A stretch of DNA of 63,363 nt, filler included, from Olpidium bornovanus S191 (taxonomy: Eukaryota; Fungi; Olpidiomycota): NCBI GenBank assembly GCA_017911155.1. It is 21 parts of 21 records of this genome, joined end to end, with 100 filler letters (N's around TTAATTAATTAA, not from the genome) between each part and the next. Parts side by side here need not be neighbours in the genome. Positions count along the whole stretch, not along the records: positions 1 to 13,022 come from JAEFCI010003226.1; positions 13,123 to 15,282 come from JAEFCI010008306.1; positions 15,383 to 17,925 come from JAEFCI010006872.1; positions 18,026 to 19,041 come from JAEFCI010002648.1; positions 19,142 to 22,212 come from JAEFCI010000191.1; positions 22,313 to 24,432 come from JAEFCI010012360.1; 15 more parts are not named here. One strand, 5' to 3'. Shown here piece by piece: positions 11,817 through 23,387 of this stretch. The position numbers and the translations under genes were made by a program. The notes under the pieces were generated by a model. It saw only the letters and a program-made list of their open reading frames with translations, searched no databases and was not told where the DNA came from. How positions within the stretch are numbered: the first letter of the stretch is position 1; every line of letters begins with the position of its first letter.

Positions 11817-13022
11817 ATGCCGGTTCGGGAACCGACGCCGCAGGCACCGTCACCACCGCCGCCGCCACCACGTTCGCGGCCCGAATGCGGAAAGTACTGC
11901 TGTAACGTGCGCCGCGACCGACTCCCGTGCAAGGTCCGTCTCGTCACCGGAGAGTCGCCGCTGGCCTTCCTCGTCGCTGCGCTCGCCCTGCTCGGGCCCA
12001 TAGGGGCGTACGCCGGTCTGGTGTAAGTCGGCCTCCATGCCGCTTTTGGTCGAACGGGCGCGGGGTCACCGGCTCAGGCGCTGGACTCCGAGATTTCCTG
12101 CAGGTTGCCTTACTATTGGTCTACCGTTCGGGCGCCAATCGTGGCCGCGTTCGCGATTTACCTCTTCCTGCTGGTGGTCGTCAGCATGCTGAAAGCGAGC
12201 TGGACGAATCCCGGTGTGAGTTTGTCAAACTAGTGTTTTTTCGCTCCTTTTCGCAGGGTTTCCAGGTTGACGAAACAGTGTCAGTTTCTCCCGAAATCCG
12301 TTGACGCCGACCTCGGCATCCCGACCAACGCGAGGTGGCCGACGATCTCTGGCTCTCGAATTGCGACCTACCGCACCCCGGAGATCGCCACCACTGCGGA
12401 ACCGCCCTTCACTGGCGTCCACGGCGGGGACATCCCACAGCGCCAGCTGCAACATTCTGTCCGTGCGCCGCCGCCGCGGATCGTGCCGGTCAAAGAGTCG
12501 GCTGGTCGATCGCCGGTGGTGTGCGAGGCGTCACAGAAGTACTGCGTGACCTGCAGGATCTGGAGGCCTCTCAGGTCCAGCCACTGTCCCATTTGCGACC
12601 GCTGCGTCGAAGTGGAGGACCGTAGGTTGGACTTGTTGCGGCTGATGCTACGTCGCAAAAGCCTGTTGCTCGCGGAGAATACGGTCTAATGCGCGGCCCC
12701 CCCCGCCGTTCGACCGAAAGATCACTGTGTCTGGTTGAACAATTGTGAGACAGCTCCCCAGCTTTGATATTCTTTTTGCCGGCGCATCAGATGCAAGAAA
12801 TATCCACCCCGCTGACGTTGATGACGTGAAAAAGGCGTCGGCCGGCGAAATTACCGCTATTTCTTCATCTTTATGTTCACCTGCACTCTCGTCTGCGTCT
12901 ATGTGCTCGTCACCTGCATCGCTATGCTCGTGCTGGTCTGGCTGGACGCCAACAGGGCCACCGCGGGAGGCGTCGGTTTCGGCCGCGCCATCGCGTGGTA
13001 CCCGGGAACTTTCATCCTCATG
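11817..13022 (+). CDS. DHHC palmitoyltransferase, Erf2/ZDHHC9-like (3' partial)
   Basis: SWTNPG and KYCVTCRIWRPLRSSHCPICDRCV. The DHHC motif is rebuilt across intron 12622-12720 (GAC C|AT CAC TGT), followed by VWLNNC|VGRRNYRYFF. Confidence 0.93.
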
Positions 13023-13122
13023 NNNNNNNNNNNNNNNNNNNNNNNNNNNNNNNNNNNNNNNNNNNNTTAATTAATTAANNNNNNNNNNNNNNNNNNNNNN
13101 NNNNNNNNNNNNNNNNNNNNNN
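13023..13122. other. Artificial contig spacer (44 N + TTAATTAATTAA + 44 N); first of 20
   Basis: Identical 100-bp spacers start at 13023, 15283, 17926, 19042, 22213, 24433, 27202, 29308, 30833, 33423, 36327, 37733, 44294, 46745, 49599, 51803, 53249, 54610, 58890 and 60805. The 12-mer gives stops in all six frames. Confidence 0.99.
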
Positions 13123-15023
13123 CATGAGCTTGTTCAAATCTTCTTCTTCGTCGCCTTCATCGACGTCGACGTCCTCTTCTCCTATTTCTCCAGCCGCATT
13201 GTCTTCGGCATCGGTAATGTCCTCCATCGCATCCTCCGCCATATCCTCCGCCTTCCCTTCCTCTTCTTTTTTCGATTCCGCCGTCTCGGACACAATCTTT
13301 TTCCCTTTCTGAAGAAGCACCGGAGGCACCAAGCCCTTCAAGTCGATGATGTCTTCGTAAAAGATACGTTCCTCCTCATCCTCCCATATGCCGCCCCCAC
13401 CTTCCTCGCGGTTGAACGTTGACCCGGCGTCGCTGATGATGCTGTCTGCCTTCCAAATATCATCGGCAGCGGTCAACTGCGGGAGAGAGAGGTCAAGGAG
13501 ATCGGACATCCTAAAAATTGGGGAATCGTTAAAGTGTGAACGCGTTGAGCTCATTGCTTTGGCTGAGGTCGATATAGGGCATACGTTTGAGCATTCACGA
13601 GAAACCTTTCGTATGACTTGTGGAGTCTTTCAAAGTTCGCTTTGGTAGCCTCTGGTATATCACCGATTTTGATATACAGTTCATTGTTCCGCTTCTCGAG
13701 TTGCTTAAGCGACTATAAAGCTTGACCGCATTAGAAAAGCATTTGTTGTGCGACAAAGGCGCGCAGCATACATTTCGTACAAACCTTTTGGGCAGCAACT
13801 AACTTCGTGCAAACGTTGTTGAAAAAATCCAAGATCACGCGTTTGAAAGCAGCTCTCTGCTCCTCGGTAACAACACTGTCGGCAGGAAGTGGCTCGTGAT
13901 TTGCAGCGGTAGAGAGACACTGAGCCGAATCGTCCTTCTCTTCCAACTCTTCGTCCGCCGAGCGAGCTCGTTTCAATTGCTCTTTTCGTGGCAGAATTCC
14001 CAGGATTTCGACGCCAAAAAATTTTAGAAATGTGATGGCAAGCGGAATGTTGACATGCAGAGATCTCTCGTCAGCAAGCTGCGAAAAGGCACGTGAGTCA
14101 GCGTGGTTATGGAGAAGCAGCGCGGCAAAAAGGGGAGTAACTCCGAACCACCCTTACCAGGTCTGCAACAATCGTGTAGAAAACGCCTGCCGGCTCAAAG
14201 CCTCTGTCCTTCAGCGCAGCCTGCTCTTTGCGATCGCGTATATCCTTCACCGTCGGCCCAGGTGGACTAGCGCTGGCAACGCCCATCATCATTCCGGCGA
14301 CGTTATCTTTAATTCCGTTTGCGACGCCGCCCGATCCCGACTCGGATTCGCTCCGCAGCACGCCGACCAGCCACAGCTCCCCAGCAATCCTCAGCAACGT
14401 GCGCTGCCGCTGAATCCGCGCGGCTTCCTCCTTCTCCTTCTGGTCAGCTGTCAAGGCGGCTAGTTGACTTCTGGAGGGAGGCACTAGCGCGCGCAGCAGC
14501 GATGCGTTGAACGGAGGTGTGAACGTGTCAGGAAACCGCCGGTGGAGTCCTGAGATAACCTGCGGTGAAGAGAATGTTGATGGGGAAACGCGGGGCATTG
14601 GGGGGAAGCGGCGGGCAGACATCAAACAACTGCAGGGTTGTCGCAGTCCAAGCAGCAGCGTGGATTCGCGTCCTCTTCAACCCGTGCAACGTCGGCGCCT
14701 ACCTCCACCGCAGCCAAAATGTCCCCGCTAGTCTTGCACTTCTGGATGCCCTCGGCGATGGCGGGCACGACCTCGCTAAGGTACTTCACCAGCGTCAGAG
14801 TCCGCACCCCGTTGAGAAGCTGGGGTGCGGCCTCCGCAGTCAGGCCGGCCTTGCACTTCGTAATGAAGCTGGTGTTCTGCTTGATTCCTGAGTTGAGACT
14901 CGTTAGCTGCGCGGCAACTGGTCCCCTGGTGTGCCGCTGCTCCCACGCGTCCAAGTTCGCCCTTCTCGTCTCCGCCCGCTTCTGACGAGCAAGCTGCACC
15001 CCCTCGCTGACGTCCGCCGGCAT
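13123..15023 (-). CDS. UPF2: Nonsense-mediated decay protein Upf2/Nmd2, N-terminal part (multi-exon, 3' partial)
   Basis: LNSGIKQNTSFITKCKAGL...LVKYLSEVV (MIF4G-1) and GIWEDEEERIFYEDIIDLKGLVP, followed by an acidic stretch. Confidence 0.88.
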
Positions 15024-17210
15024 AGTTTCCGCGTTGGGGGACTACAGAACCGGACAAAGCACAAAGCCGGGTGAGGGGGGGGGGGGGGTTAGAACACGAC
15101 AAGAGGGAACGACAAGAAAACACCGCAGCAACCGGCGGAGAGAACCCGGGGAAACGTACAGGAGGGGAAGAAGGTGGCGGCGGCTCCTTCTGCAGTAGCT
15201 GCTGCTCGGCAAGCAATTGGTTGTGGACCGCCGTGCCCATTTGTCTTGCATTCGGTATCCCGTTTCGTTTGGACGGTGAGGGNNNNNNNNNNNNNNNNNN
15301 NNNNNNNNNNNNNNNNNNNNNNNNNNTTAATTAATTAANNNNNNNNNNNNNNNNNNNNNNNNNNNNNNNNNNNNNNNNNNNNGAGCGAATGTCATAAGAA
15401 AGGCAAAAGTCCGGGCTGACGGCAAAAACACTTAAGCGCTTCGCGTTGGTCGTCTGGGGGGTCGACCACGTCAAGGCCGTCGCAGAAAAGGAAAAAAGGC
15501 ATGCGTACTCAAAGCAAACACAAAGGGAATAGCGGTAGCGGTCCCGCCCCATCCGCACAAGCAAGTGCAGCAGCTGTAAAAATGCTGCTAACGGCGGTGC
15601 CGGCGAACCCCTGACATTCCACGCAGAGGTCATCAATGACCCGGCTGCTGTAGTCGTCACCGTCGAGGAAAAAATATTTGCCAACCGTGCAACAATCGAC
15701 GGTCGATTACCGTATCTTCATTGACTTTGGGTGCGTAACTATGGTTCGACGTAACTATGGTTCGACGCCCGCGCTTTCCATTCCCGTCGCGGGCCGTCGG
15801 CTTGATCTGCAACCGACAATCGAACACACTCCCTGTTGCCGGTGAATTCTGCTCGGTACATTCTCCCTCCAAGATGCACTTTACTTCCCCGGCATCAATA
15901 AAGCATTACTTTCTGTCGTCGCCGCTGTCAAGGGTGGGATCACCGTGACCTTTTCTTCTAAAAACGGGGGTGTTTGTCATTTCGAAAGAGACGGCAAATT
16001 TGTTGGCCGCCAACAACACCCGAATCTTTCTGCGTTCCAAGGACTTGCCACCCGGTGTAAGCAAATTCACGTCCCTCCCCTGAAGGGGAAAAAATCACGT
16101 GACCATAGAAGAAAAACCGTCCGCGCGTTTTCCGCGAACCAAAATTAACAAATGTTTAAACCCTCTTTTTTTCGGTTGCGTGACACCCCATGATGCGGTG
16201 GTCGGCGTGCTCCTTGGGACAGATTGAGGGCAGCAAACGACCGGGAAGCGGCTATAGGCCTCAGCGCCCGTTGTTTTGAAAAGAACAACCCACTCCCCCG
16301 TCCCCTCGACGTCCTTCTCGTATTTCCGCGACTCGCGCCCGTCCGCGGATAATTGGCGCGGCGAATGCTTGGCGATATGTTACTCTGCGCATAAATCACC
16401 ACTGGCCCGTTCGGGCTGGCTGGGAATCTGGCAGTTGCGGCCCTGTAAGTTAACCAACCGCGTCAACGCACCAACCGATAAAATGCGCACAAGTTTCGTC
16501 TGATGCTGAGAATGCCTTGGAATTGACGCGAGGGAGCAACAAACGAGAGAGAAAGAGAGGAAGCCAAAAAACAACATTACACCCCGTCATCGGTCTGCCT
16601 CTCAGCTCACCTAGTGATTCCCGGTGCAGCCGCAACTTCTTTCACCTTCCTCTTCACACGACACTATTCCCTTTTACGACGCTCTCACTCTTCCGCTCTC
16701 TTCTTTGGCTCTACCTTCGAGTCCCGACCTAATTCCACAACTTCCGCGTTTTGGATCTGGTCTCGTCCTTTTTTTTTTCTTTTGCTTTTAAGCGGTCCAC
16801 GTCCACGGCGCAGTGCGCTGCCGGTGGAGGCCTTCCCTCGCACATGCGGTTCGGGTCCTACGCACAGCCGACTTAACTGTCTCATGCGCCGAAGGCCAGA
16901 AGCCTGTGTGCTGTAGAGGCCCAGAAAAAATATACAGTAGGTCTTTGATTGCCCGATAAAGGGTCCAGTGTATTAGAGCGATCCTGTGTTTGATATTACC
17001 AGCTCATGCTTTTGAGAAGCACGGACAGTAGAAAAAAGCAGAGATGTGCATCGCGACACTGCGGCCTAAAGTTAGGGCGCCTTTTCGAGGAGCGAAAGGA
17101 GGGGCGCGCCAAGGGGAATAGGGTTACATCTAGGATAGAATATGATGCAGTAGGGAAGAGGTACTATCTAGGGCATACAGAATGAGGATACATGATAGCA
17201 CGAAGGCGAT

Positions 17211-17864
17211 CTAACCCGTGATCTCTGCAGCCTCCTGCGAGGTAGTCTCGGGATACGCATCAAATCTCTCGAACCGGCGCTCCACTTTGAACCTCTCGAA
17301 GGCGGCCTTGTCCAAGGATTCGCGATCGTCCGGGTGTGCGAGGCCGACCATGGCATGTGCCCTCTGGGCCATGTTCATCCCGAAAAGGTTAACGGCGCCC
17401 CACTCGGTAACGACCCAGTGGACGTGGGCACGCGTGGTGATGACCCCAGCGCCCGGCCGGAGAATCGGAACTATCCGCGGTTCGCCTGCCCTGTTCCTGG
17501 ACGGCAGCGCAATGATCGGGACGCCCCCGGGGCTCAGTGCAGCTCCCCTTTCAAAGTCGATCTGGCCGCCAACTCCGGAAACATGGCGGGTGCCCACAGA
17601 GTCCGCGCAGACCTGGCCGGTAAAGTCCACCTCGACCGCGCTATTGATTGCGACAACCTTCGAGTTGGATCCGATAATCGCCGGGTTGTTGGTGACCGAA
17701 GAGTCAAAGAACAGCACGGTCGGGTTGTCGTGGACAAAGTCGTAGACTCGCTGCGTTCCCATGACAAAACTAGTTACAAAGCGACCTTGCTCAAAGGTCT
17801 TCTGCATGTTAGTAACAACACCCTTGTTTGCGAGATCAATGAGCCCTTCCTGAAACATTTCCGT
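17211..17864 (-). CDS. Family I CoA-transferase (4-hydroxybutyrate CoA-transferase / acetate:succinate CoA-transferase-like), last exon (5' partial)
   Basis: TEMFQEG...SFVMGTQRVYDFVHDNP...AINSAVEVDFTGQVCADSVG...SGVGGQIDFERGA...IIALPS...VITTRAHVHWVVTEWG...AHPDDRE. Confidence 0.9.
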   Translation of the reverse strand, partial: TEMFQEGLIDLANKGVVTNMQKTFEQGRFVTSFVMGTQRVYDFVHDNPTVLFFDSSVTNNPAIIGSNSKVVAINSAVEVDFTGQVCADSVGTRHVSGVGGQIDFERGAALSPGGVPIIALPSRNRAGEPRIVPILRPGAGVITTRAHVHWVVTEWGAVNLFGMNMAQRAHAMVGLAHPDDRESLDKAAFERFKVERRFERFDAYPETTSQEAAEITG

Positions 17865-18054
17865 CTGGATGCGATATCGGTGGGGGTTACATCATCGAGG
17901 AATAGCACGGGAATGGTACAGAATCNNNNNNNNNNNNNNNNNNNNNNNNNNNNNNNNNNNNNNNNNNNNTTAATTAATTAANNNNNNNNNNNNNNNNNNN
18001 NNNNNNNNNNNNNNNNNNNNNNNNNCCCCCCCCCCCGGGAAAAATTTTCCCCGG

Positions 18055-18095
<41 letters not shown>

Positions 18096-18411
18096 GGGGC
18101 CCCCCCCCCCCCCCCCTGCCCCCTTTCCCCGTCGGACGAACAGTCGGTCCGAGCGCGCGCGGAGGTCACGTGCGGGCCTGCGGGGCGTCCGGGGCAAATC
18201 TGAAATAACGGGGCGGGCAGGGGCGCGTCCGTCATGGGGAGATCACCCCGACGGACCATCACCGGCCCGCGCCCGTCACCGGGCCTGGCTTGCGGCCCGG
18301 ATGGGCCGGCGCCCCGGCCCTCTCCCGCGCAACTTTTTTTTGTTCTTTCCTTTTCGCCATCCACGCAGAGCTGTCAGCGGCTGCCGGGGGGAAGCCACGG
18401 CTCCGCGATTT

Positions 18412-18447
<36 letters not shown>

Positions 18448-18713
18448 AACACAGAACCGCACCGCCCATCGGCGCATCATCACATATGTTCATCCGGCGG
18501 GGCCGGGCAATGCACAATTATTGTACCTTTTCGTCAATCAATAAACAATTTGCCCATTGGCCGGGGGTGCAAATATTGCGGCCGCCCGGGGGTCCTAGCG
18601 TGGCGTGCCTGGCTAGCGGCCCCGCTTGGTCCCGATAGTGAAAGGTTCCTCGCGCGTGATGTCCACGGTTCTTGCACAGGCGCCGCTGCTCCGCACGGGC
18701 TTGTGTTTCTTTT

Positions 18714-18756
<43 letters not shown>

Positions 18757-19141
18757 TTTTTTTTTTGCTCCCCCTCTTTGAACGTCGTTCAGTCAATCCT
18801 TTTCAGCACGTCGCCCAGAAATGGCGCCCGGAGTCGGCGGGGTGGTTCGCCTGCCCGGCGTCCTTGTACGGCTCTTCGGCGTCATTCCATGCTGTCGCCG
18901 GCTCGGCGGCCGAGTCGTTCGCTCCTTTGAGCTCCGGGTCGCCGCGCAGTTTGTTGACGAGAATGATTAGGTCGCGTCGATGCTGAAGCGCCGTCCGTCG
19001 CGTTCCCGGCGCAAGGTATTCACGGTAATGAAACACCATGANNNNNNNNNNNNNNNNNNNNNNNNNNNNNNNNNNNNNNNNNNNNTTAATTAATTAANNN
19101 NNNNNNNNNNNNNNNNNNNNNNNNNNNNNNNNNNNNNNNNN

Positions 19142-19696
19142 AAAGCGCAGCGGCGGCGGTCGGCGACGGCGGCGAAAAGCGGCGGCGGCAAAAAGCGGCG
19201 GCGGCAGCAAAGATGCGGCGGCGGCGAAAAGCGCAGCGGCGGCGAAAAGCGCAGCGGCGGCGAAAAGCGCAGGCCGCAGAGGCGATCGTAAAAAAAAAAC
19301 GATGGCGTGCGGGCGAGGCGGAGAGCGAGCGACGGCGGCAGCGGCGGCGGGCGCGGGGATGGCTGCTGCGGGGACGGCGCTGCGGGGACGGCGCTGCGGG
19401 GACGGCGCTGCGGGTACGGCGCTGCGGGCAGCGCGGCCGGAAAAGCGGCGGCAAAGAGCGAAGCTGAGCTACGGGTGCCAGAAGGCGAAGCCGAAGCTGC
19501 GGAGAGGGCGGCGGGAGCTGCGGGGGCCAGAAGGCGAAGCCGAAGCTGCGGAGAGGGCGGCGGGAGCTGCGCTGCGGGGGCGGCCGTCAGAGTCCGTTTG
19601 GGCCCATAACCTGTTCGTTTTCTCTTGTGGTTTTCTCGCCGTTGAGGCGAACGCGTTTATTGAGAAAAGGAGGAAACTATACTACGTATACAAACA
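19142..19696 (-). mobile_element. LTR retroelement B, 5' end: 85-bp LTR (19612-19696), PBS (19599-19611), GC-rich repetitive leader
   Basis: The LTR is bounded by TGTT...AACA and has an internal AATAAA. It is followed by GGTTATGGGCCCA and interrupts the gypsy pol frame. Confidence 0.8.
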
Positions 19697-22212
19697 TTCA
19701 GGGGTTCCGATCCCGGTACGCGTAACCCCACCCGGTAAATCCCAACATCTTCGCCCTGCGCCGCTATTATTTTTGCTCTGAGCGTTTGGCTCAGTTCTCG
19801 CCCGCGTTGGGCAGGATCCACAGTGACCGCAGGGGCTGAGTAGTCCCGCGTCTCTTCCAATACCGTGACCCGAACTGCGCTGCAGTCGGTGGTAATATTG
19901 CAAACAAACTGTGTCCGCTCTGTGGCCTTCTGGGTCACGCCCGGATCAAATAGATCACGGCAGGATGGCGCGGAATCGTCCGGCGTCCTATCCATGTCTG
20001 GGTCATCCACTGGAAGCCGCGATGGTGCATCGGCGTTGCCGTTGCGCTTTCCTGGCTTTGGTTTTATAGTCAGGTCGAACTCGGACAATCTCATTGCCCA
20101 CCGGGCTAATCACCCTTTTCGTGTTCCTAATAACCATTTGAGTGAGCCATGGTCGGTCTCAATGTCAAAGGTCTCGCCCATCACATACGGACGGAACTTT
20201 TCGCACGCCCATATGATGGCTAACGCGTCTTTTTCCTGCGTATGGTTTTCAACTCCGCTGGAGTCAGGCGTCGACTAGCGAACGCTACCGGATGCAGCTT
20301 GCCATCCTCGCCTTCTTGGCACAGCACAGCTCCGAGTCCGTGATCACTCGCGTCCGTCTGGACGGTGAACTTAAATTTCCGGGTGAAGTCTGGAAGCTTC
20401 AAAACCGAAGGAGACGTCATTATCTCCTTTAACCTTTCAAAGGTTATCTGGTGCAGCTCGCTCCAGGCCCAAAAGACTTTGGGTTTTGTCAACTCATGCA
20501 ATGGCTTAATCAGCATCGCATAGTCCTTAACAAACTGGCGGTAATGTCCAGTCATGCCGAGGAACGTGCGCACTGCACTGACATCCTTCGGTGCCAGGTA
20601 ATCCAATATGGCCTTTTTGGTCGTTGGATCCGGTTTCAGTTCCTGGGACGTCACCAGGTATCCGAGGTACAGCATTTCCGTACCGCAGAAGAAGCACTTA
20701 GATGGCTTCATTTTTAAACCAGCCTCCCGGAGGCGGTCAAAAACCAATCCGATGTCCTTGACGTGTTTGTCAAAAGTTTGGGAAAAGACGACCACATCGT
20801 TGAGATAGACAAGGCAACACTGCCACTTCAGTCCTGCTAGGACCGTGTCCATCATCCTTTGGAAAGTAACGGGTGCTCTGCTCAATCCGAAAGGCATGCA
20901 GACCCATTGATAGAGTCCTTTGTGCGTGACAAAGGCAGTTTTCTCCCTGTCCTCTGGTGCCACTGGCACCTGCCAGTATCCTGACAGCATGTCAAAGGTT
21001 GTTAAGAACGCTGCTCCGTTCAGCGCATCGACTGTGTCGTTGATGCGCGGGAGCGGGTACACGTCTCTTTTCGTGACCTTGTTTAGCTCCCGATAATCAA
21101 TGCAAAAACGGACACTTCCGTCTTTCTTTGGCGCAAGCACCACGGGCGCTGCCCATGGTGAGCGACTGGGCTCAATGACGCCCCACTCAAGCATCTGTCG
21201 AGTTTCCTCTGCCGTCTGTCGACGTTTGTGCGGTGCCTGCCGTCTAAGCGGAAAATTGATTGGCTTAGCATCTTCGGTATCTATCCGGTGCTGCGCAATG
21301 TCAGGATGAACCTGCCCAGGATTTTTATTCCAGGAGAAGAGACCAAACTGGTGGTGCTCTCGTATCAGTTGCATCAACGTATCTAGTTGCGCGTCCGGCC
21401 CCCCCTGGATACCTCTGCCCATGTTGAGGTCATCTGGGAGTCCTTTCCAGTTGACGCCCGGGCGCAGCTCACGTAGCTGCTTAACTTGTCCATGACATGA
21501 CAGTTTCTATGTCACCATCATCTATGCTCTGGTGTGTCTCGGCATATCGCCGGACCTGGGCGGCACTCAATATCTCTATCGGTTCCTCGCCTTCCTGCGG
21601 CCTCTCGCCATCTATCTGATCCTCCATATCTTCCTGGAACAGATCAATAATGTTTACGTCGTCCAGGCACAGAGCTGTGTACCTGCCAAACGCTTGCCCC
21701 TGGCGAGCCTGTCGCCGGGTGCTTGTCATATTTGCGACATTTACAAGGACTCTGTCCTTCTGGATTTCAAAGATACCCTTCAGCACGCAGATTGCAGCCG
21801 ACTTCGGTAAGGATTCCACAAAAATCGTGGACCCAATAGTCCTCTCCGGGACGCTCACCTCAATGAAACAAGAAGTCCAGGGTTCCAAGACCACTGTCTC
21901 GGTGGACCGCAGTTTGCAGTCGTTGATGACTGGCCGCTCCCTTGGGGAGGCCAACATCGGAATCAGTGACGCCGAGGACTTTTTGTTCTTTGCCCGTACT
22001 GAGACAACGTCCTTGGTTGTCAAAAGGTCCACGCCTATCGCGTGCATTGTTGTCTGACCAATCAATAGGTCGTCTGTCGCCCCATCAACGACATGAAATG
22101 GGATCACCACTTTACGTGTGCCCACTCGAACGCGAACCTGTGCGTATCCGAGTGTCCGACTCACTGAGCCGTTGAAACCTCGCAACGTTCCGGCAATCGC
22201 TCGGAGCGGTGA
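19697..22212 (-). mobile_element. Ty3/gypsy pol remnant (protease-RT-RNase H), frameshifted, RT active site mutated
   Basis: PR region DDLLIG; RT PSRSPWAAPVVLAPKKDGSVRFCIDYRELN, KTAFVT, MPFGL, YLND (for YLDD); [31 protein letters not shown]. Domain order PR-RT-RH. Confidence 0.95.
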
Positions 22213-22312
22213 NNNNNNNNNNNNNNNNNNNNNNNNNNNNNNNNNNNNNNNNNNNNTTAATTAATTAANNNNNNNNNNNNNNNNNNNNNNNNNNNNNNNN
22301 NNNNNNNNNNNN

Positions 22313-22802
22313 CATGCTGTTAGCAAAGAGATACACAAGACGTACTCAAAACACTGGAAAGATATTAAAGATGACCCTCAAACAATCGTCACCAAAAAGA
22401 TCTCTAACACTATCGCAAACAATTCAACGGAAAGGTAGAAACCAACATAACACAGACAGGAGCCACGCAAAGGTGTTACATCTGTTACTGCTACTACGTT
22501 CCAAAAGAATTAATTACGACAGGGGACGGTACAAATCCGTTTGTGGATACGTTCTGCAGGAGCTGTTATAAGGAGAGAACGTGTGGATCTTGCAGCGTCC
22601 TTTCAACCAATGAAATTCAAGTTCTCCGGTGTTCTGCTTGCGGAGTTTCGAGTTGTATAAGATGCAAAACCCTTTACGATGCTACTGTTGTTACAAGGAT
22701 TTCTGTCCAGACTGCGAGGTTATTGTGGATGGTGTATGTGATTGGAATTTTTGCAGGACCAGTGGCAACAAAAGGTTGGGAAACGTTTTGCTTCAATATT
22801 AG
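22313..22802 (+). pseudogene. Frameshifted, intronless Cys-rich (CxxC repeat) coding remnant of unknown origin
   Basis: Successive frames read QRCYICYC / FCRSCYKERTCGSC...RCSACGVSSCIRC / RCYCCYKDFCPDC...CDWNFC. GC content is visibly lower than in host genes. Confidence 0.45.
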
Positions 22803-23387
22803 GCGAACACCTCAGACATCATCAGAGGAATTGTCAAGAACGGGTGTCACGTCGAGAACAACTATTTCGGATCCAGAATTGTGACAGGCAACGTCTTTTA
22901 AAATAGAACGCGCGCGACGTGTACTACATCGGAGTCGACGAACCGTATTCCCGTCCAAGAAAACACAAGCCCACTTTATGTCCGGGAAGGACTCGCCGAG
23001 CCCGGAGACCCCAGGAGACGGAGGGGCCCTGCGCGGAAACGTACGCAACTGTGCCCTAAGTGACGCGCACGGCAGAACTCGCGCGGCAGCACCCGCGGAA
23101 TCCAGGGACAAATCGGACGTGTGCGCTGCTGCTGCCGCGGCGGGTAGGCGTCGCGGGCGAATCCGGATTTTGTTTTTTTTTTTTTTTTTTTTCCCTCCGG
23201 CTTTGCTGCTCTTAACCCCTCGGCCCGGGAGAAAGAAGACTCTCTCTCACTCTCTCTCTTTCCCCCCCCCCCCCCCCCCCAAAAAAAAAAAAAAAAAAAA
23301 AAAAATAACCCTCCCCCCCCCCCCCCTTAACAACAACAACAACAACAACAACCGCCGGCTCACCCCCGCCGCCCCCTCTCCTCGACC

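Noticed and set aside
12622-12835. Two consecutive AAG splice acceptors with purine-rich ends in the DHHC gene as non-canonical splicing
   Set aside because: Both introns are GT-AG and the second has a plausible GCTGAC branch point; AAG acceptors are within normal fungal variation.
15735-15766. 16-bp tandem GTAACTATGGTTCGAC x2
   Set aside because: Two-copy slippage duplication with no further structure.
18803-19039. 78-aa ORF (YREYLAPGTRRTALQHRRDLIILVNKLRG) as a named gene
   Set aside because: Possibly a real terminal exon, but no family could be recognised; too short to support a call.
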